Of a stretch of DNA of 47,199 nucleotides, positions 24,621-36,379 are shown piece after piece (position 1 is the stretch's first letter; the number at the start of each line of letters is the position of its first letter). The stretch is from assembly GCF_006345805.1 (NCBI RefSeq), contig NW_021835349.1:1-47199 (forward strand), given 5' to 3'. The DNA is from Octopus sinensis (Eukaryota). Position numbers and translations under genes: made by a program. The notes under the pieces are model-generated. The model did not search any database. It was not told the DNA's origin and saw nothing but the letters and a program-made list of their open reading frames with translations.

Positions 24621-25257
24621 GCACACGAACATTATGCTGCATGTGACGATGGCGGCGATGATAAAGAGGAGGAAAACCACAATTACAATTAAAATGTTAT
24701 TAAATCTCTTAAATGTTGGCAGCAACTTGGTGTCTTTTAGAGATAAAAAGAAATGCGCCTTAATTTAAAATATGGTCTTCTATTAATAACTTCACTAGAA
24801 AATTGTCGGTAAATATTTTTTTCTTGCAATTTGCTATTTAATCAAACAAGTGTTGGCTATTCGATATGGATCGTAAATTATTGTTAGTACTGTTACGCCA
24901 CTGATGAAAGGTATTTTATTGATTTTTTTTTTATGGTACATTCTCTGAAATAACGACCACAAGTCATCTACATATAATTGCAGAGATGCCATCCGTTTTA
25001 AGGTAACGAAATTAAAGATCATTTCAGTGAGATATCGGAACATTAACTAATGCATAAATTATCTATACTATTTAGATTTATTTTACTTCTAATGTGTACA
25101 TTATATTCAATGCTCGGATTCTTCAACAAACAGCATATGTTTAAATTAACTAACAACCTGACCTCAGTGATTCTCGACCATTTTTTAAATCTATGGACCA
25201 CTTTGATTCCTATATTATTCTACTGGTTCCCTATATGTTAAAAGAAATCCTATTATA

Positions 25258-25668
25258 AGATCTTTTCGGTTTGAACGGCAGTTTTTTTCTAGCGGTGTGG
25301 TATGAAATTGTCACCCATAATTATGACCCTAATATCGATCTATTGCATTTCAATGTTTTAGGGTTATGGTTAGGGGTGGGGGAGGGTATCTTTTTTCGTC
25401 ACAAATGTAAATAAACCCAATCTGTTTCTTAAACGAGAGACATATTCATACGGCACAGAATGTTTTTTTTACCTCAATAGACGTCACTGATTGGTTGAAA
25501 TTGCAGAAATTGAAAAAAAAAACAAATATCTTGCAAACTATAGAAATTTCTCAATAAAGCCAAGAGAAAAAGATGTTTTATAAACACATTCTACCAGTAT
25601 ACAAAGTTTAAAATTTTTTAGTTACCTAGAAATTATGTTAAAAACTGCCGTTCAAACCGAAAAGATCC
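25258..25668 (-). mobile_element. MITE with 24-bp TIRs and 8-bp TSD (Merlin-like), copy 2, uninterrupted
   Basis: TIRs agatcttttcggtttgaacggcag / ctgccgttcaaaccgaaaagatcc; TSD ctattata (25250-25257, 25669-25676); interior inverted relative to copy 1. Confidence 0.9.
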
Positions 25669-27287
25669 CTATTATACTTTTATAATTAAATATTGCTAGG
25701 AATTGTAGAAGTATAAACAAATTATTGCAGATAAATTTTAACAGAATCTTATGAGAATCCCTAAGGGTCATTGGGACCTCGGTTGAGAACTACTGCTCTA
25801 CGTAGTTAAGCCTATACGTGCTTGTTCCGTCTGCTCGAAATAGCAGCGAAATCTAAAATTACACCTCGATGTTTTAAAAAATGAAGGATTTGTTAAATAA
25901 TACATTCATAGAATAATAAAAAAAGAAAGATAAGATCGACGCAAAAGAAACGGATTTGATGATAGAATTAATCTAAGGTTAAAAAACAAACTGCTGAATT
26001 TTCTCTCGTTCTTTAGTGGAAAGTATTAAATGAGGACCTTTACTACAAGTCATACCTTTCTATGCTCATTATCTCATAGAGGAGTTGTATACTCCAGCCA
26101 TTCTGTTCAAACTGATTCTGTGTAATACAATAGCTAATCAATTTACTACATTGGAAACTCTATTACAGTTTTTCCGTCTACATGTCTCTAGTCTAGACAG
26201 CAATTCCAAGTGATCTCTTATTTACTTCCACGTTCAATCTTTATTTCGTTACCTAGTCAAGTGTTTCCAACATCTCATCACCGTACTGTATATCTCACTT
26301 GACGAGGTCTTTGGTTAAGCATGGTCAGAATTTAACTAAGTCTATGTTAACTATCCATGAAAGTAAATGTGTTGTGTCCTCTTCTGACCAAACCGAGACA
26401 ACTAAACGAGTAACCAAAACCACCATTCAGATGTACAGGCAATCAAAATTGCTTTTAACATGGAAGGAGAAAAATGACACATTCGGTCATTGAATGGAAG
26501 GCTTTTTCTTCTCACTACAACGCACGAACATAACCATAACGAGAATAATGATACCTTGATAATTTGCATAAAATGCAACATTTTTGTCTTTGCAAATTGT
26601 CAAATAGTTTGTGTTCATTCTGTGTTTTTGAGAAAGCAATCTCTATTAACTTTGCAGAAAGCTCGACAATCTACAAACTTAACAGTATTTCAATCAAAAT
26701 GGCTACTTGAGCAATATAACTGCTGATGAAGCCATCAAATTTGCTAGCCGGACTCACTATGTAAATTACCGTTTTTAAGACAAATAAAAGATAATGACCG
26801 TTAAATAAAGGGACAAAATCCGAAGGGGGGACAGTAAAAAAGTAAAAAACACTCATAGAATTCGCGTATGCGCTCATGTACATACATACGCACATGTGCA
26901 CATACCCATACGCGCACAATTATATTCATATACACGTCTAAATACGCACATGCTATATATGCATATGCTCACTCACACTCGCGTAAAACATATGCATGTA
27001 CATCCACATATATATGCAACCATACACATGTACGCTTATACCTGCACACTCGCCCCCCACACACGTATATATACCCATACGCGCACAAATATGTTCATAT
27101 ACACGTCGATATACGCACATGCACAAGAAAATGCAGGGTGAAGGGTAAAATACAGAAAAAATATATGAAAATATATAAAGCAATAAAAAATATAAAAATA
27201 TGTAAAATATATTTAAAAAATAGAGAAATAAAATGCTTGTAGGTGGACACAATACAAAAAGCAGGTTCTATCTGTGATCTTTAGGGG

Positions 27288-27715
27288 ACCAAAAAACGTA
27301 ACAAATATTTAGCCATATGTGGACCTGATCCAAAAGCTTCAGTTCTTGAATTTAGACATGTAGCGAGTTCTAAGTTGCTTTTCCACATGAGCCATCTTTC
27401 CATATCACAAAGACCACATTTTCCACTGCCGATGGTGCCAGGCTTACACTTGGCTAAGATCTTTCAATGGCTGTTGTAATTGACACCTTTTTCTTTTAAG
27501 AACCATATATCACTGGGTAATTTGGATGTTTTTCTTTTATACCAGTGTCTGAAGCTCAAGGTGTAATTGTTGGACCTGGCTTTAAAATTCCCCTCTGTAA
27601 ATATCTGATTTTTCCTATTACTTCATTTGTATTCTCCCTTAATATTTCTTATTTTACTTGATTTTACTAAAACTTTTTCGATGTCCTTCCAAAAATTCCT
27701 CACACGGATAATGAC
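27288..27715 (-). pseudogene. Penelope-like element, decayed GIY-YIG endonuclease C-terminal domain
   Basis: Minus strand: TEGNFKARSNNYTLSFRH...SKLPSDIWFLKEKGVNYNSH*KILAKCKP..GSGKCGLC..E, then frameshifted LNSRTE...PHMAKYLL, matching the Penelope pattern TE..FK.RY.NH..SF....T.LS.YIW.LK......W.I......C.LC..EK...LN.R.E...C.H..K.LL. Confidence 0.85.
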
Positions 27716-27924
27716 AATCCATAAATTTAATTATAATTATTATGATTATACTTTTTTCTTATATATTTGTATTGTCCTTTGAAACGCGCGTATGTATTGA
27801 ATCCTATTTTGTATAAATCTAATTTTGATTCAACATCTTTTTTCTCCTCCATTTTCTATAGTTGTTTATGGCATATTTATACATATAAACGATATTTTTC
27901 AACTACTATTTTCATTTATTTATT

Positions 27925-27941
27925 ACTGTCTCTCTCTCTCT

Positions 27942-28008
<67 letters not shown>

Positions 28009-28240
28009 GTATATACACACACACATATATATATGCATATATATATACATATATACATGTATATAAACATACATTTAGATAATAGATATATGCACTCGTG
28101 TATTATATATACAATATATATATGTATGTATATACATAATAATATATACACTGATATATATATATATATGTATGTATATATATATATATATTATTATATA
28201 TATATATATATTATATATTATATATATATATATATATTAA
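27925..28240. repeat. (TC)n/(TA)n microsatellite field
   Basis: Direct reading. Confidence 0.92.
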
Positions 28241-28636
28241 AGCAATCACCCAGCCTAAAAATACTTTAATTAAAAATATTCACCTGAAGAATATCTTACT
28301 TTTAATCTAATGAGGATATATGTAATATATAATATAAAGACCAATATAACATAGCTTTGGCTAATGCAGTTTTAAAGAGAAATTAAAATATTTATCGCAT
28401 ATAAATAATACTGACAATAGTATAGGAATCTCCAAAAGCAAATAGAGTAGCTATCATATTAAAAATAACATTAGCGACCAAAAATATATAATATGAATAT
28501 GGGGAAAAAAAAAAAAAGTAAATTAAAAATAAAAATAAAAATAAAAATAATAAACTGAAAAAGAAATAGATTTGATAAATATAAAACAAACTACAATACC
28601 CCCACTCTTCTCGGAAATGTTGAATAATCTAATAAT

Positions 28637-28674
<38 letters not shown>

Positions 28675-28802
28675 TAATAATGATAATATGGTTGATACCG
28701 TCTTTTGCGTTCCAAATTAAGAATAATCTGGTCAAATCTATCCTTTCAATTATATATAAGCATTTTAACAATAACAATAAATATCATGAAATCATTAATA
28801 TT

Positions 28803-29033
28803 TATTTCTTTATTCCCCACGTGAGGCTAAATATGGAAAGGACAAACAAGGACAGGCAAATGGATTAAGTCGATTACATCGATCCCAGTGCCTAACAGGT
28901 ACTTATTTAATCGACCCCGAAAGGATGAAAGGCAAAGTCGACCTCGGCGGAATTTCAACTCAGAATGTAACAGCAGACGAAGTACCGCTAAGCATTTCGC
29001 CTGGCGTGCTAACAATTCTGCCAGCTCGCCGCC
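28803..29033 (-). mobile_element. Full-length SINE family 2 monomer
   Basis: Colinear with 5970-6193 in reverse complement. Confidence 0.92.
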
Positions 29034-29509
29034 GGCTACTATATAATACGTTTAATTATATAGGCACTACATAGTTATGGTTATACCTATTTGTTTCCTC
29101 CCCCGAATTTTAGGGGTATACTCCTTGCATACAAGTAGGTACATCTCTCTCTTAATTCTGATTTATCTTTAACTTCTATATTAATCCTCGAATGTTTTTA
29201 TTTATTTACTTTATGTTTTTTTATATTTTATATTATATTTTATTTAATACTGCAATGTGCCACAATAATGTTTATTTTCTTTAAAAATCTTTTATCCCCT
29301 TATATATGACTCAGCATATCTACTTCCGGTTTCTCTCGAAGGGAACGCTATATGTCTGAAATTTTAAAATTCTTTCCTATTCAATAGTTTATTATTATTG
29401 CTTTTTTTTACCATAAATGTTTGAAATAAATATTCTTAAGTGGAGTAAGGATATATTATGTATTCTGATTAAATTTTATTTTATTATTATAAACTGAAGT
29501 AATAAGTTA

Positions 29510-29559
<50 letters not shown>

Positions 29560-29560
<1 letters not shown>

Positions 29561-30233
29561 CATTCTATGCTTGACTTTTGCTTACATTTGCAGAAGCTGG
29601 CTCCAAGTCTCAGCCAGAGACCTCAAGAGACAACAAGCTGGAATTTCATGTTGGTGTTATGCCTAGGGTGCCATATATTTGGTTTTGTACTTAGTGTTTG
29701 TACTAGTGAATGTCTAAAAAAAAAAACATACGAAAATTATGTTTGTTTTAAAACTTGAGATTACATAGAAGTATTTTGCGTAGGATATGAGCAGTTCCCA
29801 TGAGCACTATCTTTTGAATTTCTGCCATTTTGGGGTTTCCTGGTATCTGAGTTATGTAGCAATCAGTCCCTTTCGCTATCATTCCCAGGGCACCTATGAC
29901 AACAGGTATGTTTTAGTCTTCGTGTTCCACATTTTGCTGATTTCTATTTAAATATCTTTATATTTGCTCAGTTTTTGGTAGGCCTTGACAGATACGTTTA
30001 TATCGATTGGGACAGTTATATCAATGAGGAGGCATGATTTTTGTCTGAAGTCTTTTACTATGATGTCTGGTCTATCTGTCTGTCAGTTTGAATGGTGAAG
30101 TTCCAGAGGAGTGAGATGTGATCATTTTCAAACACTGGAGGTTATTTGTGTTCCCATCAGTTTTTATCATGGGGCAAGTCCAGGCTTTTGCAAATTATCC
30201 AGTGAATATATTGTGCAACTCTATCATGCCTAT
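29560..30233 (-). pseudogene. 3' end of a second RLE-type (R4/Dong-like) non-LTR retrotransposon with 3' UTR, bracketed by (ATT)n
   Basis: RHDRVAQYIHWIICK, LLWNFTIQTDR, RPDIIVKD...CLLIDITVPID.N...K..QKLSKYKD; ORF ends ~29765; UTR runs into a (TAA)n tract on the element strand. Confidence 0.9.
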
Positions 30234-30237
30234 TATA

Positions 30238-30286
<49 letters not shown>

Positions 30287-30784
30287 ATAATGATTATTAT
30301 TATTATTATTATTATCATCATTATCATTATCGTTATCATTCTTCTTTTCTTCTTCTCCTTCTTATATTCTTCTTCTTCTTCTTCTTATTATTATTATTAT
30401 TATCATTATATTATTATTATCATCATCATATTTAGAAATTATTTATCTCTTTCTGATAACTTCGGTTAATATATATAATTGCCACGGTTTACTTGTACTT
30501 CATTAAAATTTTATAACTTTAAATTTTTGTATTACAGTATTATAAATAAGTATTATGATATATGTTATTATTATTTATGTATACATGCGTACATCTTCGT
30601 TTTCTCGTTTTCGTTTTCTCCTACTCAACCCCCTATGATATTAAATTAATCTCGTCTTTTTTTACTTTAAGACATAAAAATGTACACTACCTCCTCCCTC
30701 TATAACCGGTTATTTTTGGATATATGCTATCAGTTAACAGTTTGCAGCCGTTATCTCGAAATGTATTTCGAATCAGTATATCGT

Positions 30785-30875
30785 TACTACTTCCGAAGAG
30801 ATTCTTCCTATAATGATTATAATTTTATAAATTAATTATCTACAGATTACTGATTCGAAACAGCTGTCAGAGATG
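30785..30875 (+). ncRNA. Degenerate hammerhead-like motif (family D)
   Basis: CCGAAGA (30793-30799), stem II GATTC/GATTC with one mismatch around a ~48-nt AT-rich loop, GAAA, palindromic CAGCTG, then TC (GUC triplet). Stem I is poor. Confidence 0.4.
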
Positions 30876-31268
30876 TCATATTTTATAATTAATAAATAAT
30901 ATTTTATTAATTACCTCTCTATTCTCTCCTTATTCTTTGTATATTTATGTATGTATGTATGTATGTAAACATATATATATAGATGCATATGTATATTATG
31001 TATATGTATGTATATATATATGTATATATTTATATGCTTATATTCATATGTATATATTTATATGCATATATTTATATGAATATTTATATATATATATATG
31101 TATATATATATATGTATGTATATATATATGTATGTGTATATGTCCATATATATATGTATATATGTATGTATATATTCATATATTTTTGTATGTATATATA
31201 TGTATGTATATATGTGTATATATATTTGTATATATATATCTATATGCATATATATGTATATATACATA

Positions 31269-31648
31269 GGGTTAGGAGAGGCTGTGTGGTAAGTAGTTTG
31301 CTTACCAACCACATGGTTCTGGATTCAGTCCCGCGTGACACCTTGGCAAGTGTCTTCTACTATAGCCTCGGGCAGAACAAAGCCTTGTGAGTGGATTTGA
31401 TAGACGAAAACTGAAAGAAACTCGTCGTATATATGTATATATATATATATATTATATACATATATACGACCATGGGTTGGTAAGCAAACTACTTACCACA
31501 CAGCCTCTCCTAACCCTATGTATATATACATATATAAGCATATAGATATATAATATACAAAATATATACACATATATACATACATATATATAATACAAAA
31601 ATATATGAATATAACATAACATATATACATATATATATGGACATATAC

Positions 31649-31679
<31 letters not shown>

Positions 31680-31882
31680 CATATATATATATAAATATTC
31701 ATATAAATATATGCATATAAATATATACATATGAATATAAGCATATAAAATATACATATATATATATACATACATAAATTATAAGAATGCCATATTAGTA
31801 TGGCGATAACTATTATTTCCGGGAACGCTGCCGCTGTTCTCTTTAGAGAGACTTAGTAATTTTAATATTTCTATATATATAT

Positions 31883-31946
<64 letters not shown>

Positions 31947-32180
31947 TATGTGTGTGTGTGTGTGTGTATTTGTGTGTCTGTTGTTTGTCCCCCTCCAAAA
32001 TCGCTTGACAACGATGCTAGTTGGTTTACGTCCCCGTAACTTAGCGGTTTCGGCAAAAAGCGGCCGATAGAATAAGTACTAGGCTTACAAATAATAAGTC
32101 CGGGTCGATTTGCTCGACTAAAAGGCGGTGCTCCCGCATGGCCTCAGTCAAATGACTGAAACAAGTAAAAGAGAAAAGAG
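31269..32180 (+). mobile_element. SINE family 1 whose central (TA)n tract contains an inverted duplication and an extra segment
   Basis: Head 31269-31432 and tail ~31960-32180; the intervening 31450-31777 mirrors 31000-31440. Confidence 0.8.
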
Positions 32181-32208
32181 TATATACATATATATATAGT
32201 ATATATAG

Positions 32209-32261
<53 letters not shown>

Positions 32262-32820
32262 GTACATATATTTATGTATATATATATGTATACATATGTA
32301 CACATATGTACATGTGTATATATATGTATATGTATGTATATGTATATATATACAATATATTCATATGTATATATATGTATATATAAATATATGTTTTTAT
32401 AATGTTTATATACTATAAGTTTATATATGTACACTTATATGTATGTATAGATATACGTATATATTTGTATGTTTGTATATGGATGTATGTATGTATCTAT
32501 CTATCTCTCTCTCTCTCTCCTCTATCTATATATATTATTATATTATATATATATGTGTTATATATATGTGTATATATATATATATATATCTGTGTTTGTT
32601 TATATATTAATCTATATAATATTGTGTATATATAAAAAGATAAGATCGTTATTGAAAATACCGATCATATCAGGTGGGAATAAAAACTCATCGGTAATAA
32701 TTATTAAAATTTAAGTAAAATTATTAAATTATGATTATATATAATTTAATATATTTATGTGTATATAGATATACGTATATATATATGTTATATGTATATA
32801 TATGTGTATATATATATGTA

Positions 32821-32852
<32 letters not shown>

Positions 32853-33031
32853 GATAGCAGATACATACATACATACATATCATACATACATATATATATA
32901 GGTATATGTATATATATATATTATATATATATATCTAATATACATATATTATACACATATATATATATACATAATATATACGTATATCTATATAACATAA
33001 ATATATATAAATTATATATAATTATATTAAT

Positions 33032-33117
<86 letters not shown>

Positions 33118-33445
33118 TCTCTCTATATATACATACATATAAAAGTGTTTGTAGGAGATTGTATAGAGGGTTATATACTATTCAAGGAATTTTTTTATAG
33201 GGATATATCATTCAAAGGAATTCTTGTATGACCTGGAAGTCGCTTTAATGCAAGAAAGTATACTAGTCCCTTAATATTTGATATTCTATATTTCATCTAT
33301 TCAATAAGACAATCAATACTTCATTTCATTTTACACATATTACTATTTATACTATATATTCTATATTCTACATTAATATTATAAAGAATATAAAATAAAA
33401 CATAAAAAACAGAGTTGGAATTCCTTTGAATAATACATATATATA

Positions 33446-33482
<37 letters not shown>

Positions 33483-33538
33483 TTATTTATATACATACAT
33501 ACATACATACAACATAATACATACAATACACACACATA

Positions 33539-33760
33539 TCTATTATTTAAAATCTGTTCTGTCTGTCTGTGTGGTGTCTTCTAGGATCTCGGGCATCCTC
33601 CATCCGATGCGTTGAAATTTGATATGTAGATACGCGCGGTATTAGGGCGTGTATAAGTCTTGAAAAAAAATTACAAAAATCGATTCCAGGTGAGAACGTG
33701 ATCGATAAAGCCGCGGGAGCGTGCATTTGTACGCATAAGTACACCAGCTGTTGCCACTAG
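33539..33760 (+). mobile_element. Probable second non-autonomous Helitron-like family (5' part)
   Basis: A|TCTATTATTTAAAAT start followed by a ctgtctgtctgt tract and ccgatgcgttgaaatttgatatg; 3' terminus not identified with confidence. Confidence 0.45.
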
Positions 33761-34154
33761 CTTTCCCATGTCCTTGAACATCCCGTAAAGTAAGTTAGCA
33801 TAAAATTAGTTATTTAGTTTCCTAGGTAGTTGCTTTTCATCAAAAATCGCCCCAAGTTGATTTCCTACATGTCTTATCGAATAAACTTATTATTGTCCCA
33901 GGTACGTTCTCATAAATTCATCATGCTCATCCATCGATATTTCTCTCCAGCTAACCCATTTGTATTCATCATTTTTGTCCTGCTTTTCTTCTGTCAACCT
34001 GTACATAACAGCACCTTCCATTTTTTGCTGTTTTTGTACTGCTTAAAGGCACGTTTCTTTCCTGCCAAGCTTACTGTTTAAACCATGTTTGTGTTCTCCC
34101 AGTCAACAGCCTTATCATTACTGGTACTTTAAACTCTTCGGTTGCATCACGACA

Positions 34155-34265
34155 GGTTGGCCAGAGGCTATAGTAGAAAATAGTCACCTAAGGTGCCACA
34201 CAGTGGGACTGAACTCGTTGCCATGAGTTTAGTAAGCAAGCTTCTCACCACACAAACATGCCTAC
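34155..34265 (-). mobile_element. SINE family 1, decayed 5' half
   Basis: gctatagtagaa...aaggtgccacacagtgggactgaac...accacaca. Confidence 0.75.
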
Positions 34266-34621
34266 GTATGTTTTATATACTTTTTAAAAGCCAACACGAG
34301 GCAAGCTACAAAATTAAAAATATTTGCTGACGCCTTCTACTATTATCTAGTATTTGAAGTTTAGGATCCCTTGTTCAGAAAAAGTACATAGAAAGGTGTT
34401 GGTGCGAAACAACATACACAATTTCCGACTTTGGCACAAGGTCATCAATTTTAGGACAAGAGCTAAGTCAACTCCCGTGTTCAACTGGTATTTATTTTAT
34501 TGAAGCTGAAAGAAGGCGAAATCGATCACGGCGGAATTTGAATTCAGAACCCAAGCATGCAGAAGAAATGGCGCTCGCGATTCTGCCAGCTCACCGCCTT
34601 TGTGTGTGTGTGTATAATTAT

Positions 34622-34810
34622 GGATGCGCAATGGCCCAGTGGTTAGGGTAGCGGACTCGCGGTCTTAGGATCGCGGTTTCGATTCTCAGATCGGGCATTG
34701 TGAGTGTTTATTGAACGAATACACCTATTCCACACCTATTCCACGAGGCTCCGGCAGGGGTGGTGGTGGCGATCCCTGCTGTACTCTTTCGCCACAACTT
34801 TCTCTCACTT
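34622..34810 (+). mobile_element. tRNA-derived SINE family 3, 5' part
   Basis: A-box TGGCCCAGTGG, B-box GGTTTCGATTCTC, CpG-rich head; carries a local 11-bp tandem duplication acacctattcc. Confidence 0.8.
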
Positions 34811-35942
34811 TCCACAGACCAAAGCAGTCCTGAGACTTCCCAAGTGATGCCTTTTTATTTCTTCTACATCTGCAAAACGTATTCCTTTAAGGACTTTTTT
34901 CATTTGGGGGAACAAAAAAAGTCGTAGGGAGCAAAATCAAGTGAATAGGGAAGATGGGTTAGCGGGGGTCATGCAATTTTTGATCAAAAACTGTCTCACA
35001 TTCAAGATAGTGTGCGCAGGCGCACTGCCGTGATGTAACCACCATTCTTCACTTTCATCTCACTGCGTTTCACAAACGCTTCAGAGCTGCCAAGTACAAT
35101 GTCTGGCTAACAGTTTGACCATAAGGACAAATTCTGGGTGGAGAATTCCTTTTGCGTCGATAAGATAAGTCAGTATCGATTTGATATTGAATTTCACTTG
35201 ACGAACTTTTGGGGGACGTGGTGACATCAATTGATTCTATTGACGCGATTGCTGCTTCGTTTCCGAATCGTAGCTGTAGCAACAGCTTTCGTCACCAGCA
35301 ATGACATTCGAAAAAAGGTCCGGATCAACTTCCAACTGTTCTTTTATTTCACGACACGCATTCAGTTGTGACTGCTTTTGATCTTCCGTGAGTAAGCGAG
35401 GCGCAATTTTTAATACAACTCTTTTCATGCGCCACTCCTTGCTCAAAATTCATTGGCAGGTGCGGCAGGACAAACAAGTCATATTAACAAATTCTTCAAA
35501 TGTTCGGCGACGCCTCTAAGATCAGTTCACAAAAATTCATGACGTTTTCATTCATTCGGGGGGGGGGGGGGGTCGACACTCGCCCTGAACGAAGTTGGTC
35601 TTTAAGCGTCAAGGGGCAATTCCTACAGAATAAAAAAAACTACTCGTAAACTTGTATTTTGCTCATGATAGCATCCTTGCAAGCTGTTTGAAACGCGACA
35701 ACTTTTTAAGCGGATATTTTCCCCCAGCAGAAAACAGAAATTCACGGAAGAAAGCTGCTCTTTCGTTTCAGCCTTCGCAAAAATCGACGAACAGGAGAGA
35801 AGCACTGCAAAACAAAGACGCATCACGTGGAAGTATGACTATTTTCGACGATGTCGGTCGGCTGACTGATGCCTGAGGGTCACATCAAGTGATTTCTTGT
35901 AGCAGAAGCCTGAACTACAACAGGCTTGGGTACACCCTCGTG
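34811..35942 (-). pseudogene. Decayed mariner (Tc1/mariner DDD) transposase with 5' terminus
   Basis: KEQLSSVNFCFLLG (HTH), MKRVVLKIAPRLLT, VIAGDES, GQTVSQTLYLAALKRL, HHGSAPAH (HHDNAPAH-like), YSLDFAPYDFFLFP; a terminal cgagggtgtaccca TIR-like sequence lies next to TA at 35943-35944; 3' end lost. Confidence 0.9.
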
Positions 35943-36379
35943 TATATGTCTCTTTCTTTCTCTTTGCCTCTCTTTTGCCTTCCTCCTACTCTCATTCTCT
36001 GTTTTTTTCATCCCTAATATTGTACTTCTTCCTTCGTTCTGACTTTCTATCTGTCTTTCTCTACAGGACATTTTCATTTTTCTTTGGGTTACCCATGTCA
36101 TTCTATCTTCGGCCGTGCAGTTTTTGTTGTCATATATATATGTTTATTTTGTCGTGTTTATTTTCGTCATTGTCCTGTACATACATTAGCTATAACCAGT
36201 GGCTTTTTGTCACTGACGCCACCAAGAATGAACAGTATCAACGTTAAAGGTGTGAAATTGTAATGACCTTTTGGACTTTGACTGATGAGAAATAAACTAC
36301 TAATTTTCTGTCTATGTTTTTGTAATATTGTCATTTGTTGTGTTTTTGTTAAATTTTATATATATATATATATATATAT

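Noticed and set aside
29325-29375. ctcgaagggaac...gtctgaaattttaaaatt hammerhead-like string
   Set aside because: Core and stem II are too degenerate and no stem I is present.
33840-34090. Possible RTE-type linker region on the minus strand
   Set aside because: Resemblance is limited to composition and a few residues across frameshifts; not supportable by eye.
5247-34810. tRNA genes suggested by A/B boxes
   Set aside because: All A/B boxes lie in SINE heads without a complete cloverleaf; no CRISPR-like repeat-spacer array was seen anywhere either.
36065-36190. Strong polypyrimidine acceptor followed by a hydrophobic frame (DIFIFLWVTHV...)
   Set aside because: Hydrophobicity follows from T-richness; in-frame stop and no donor.
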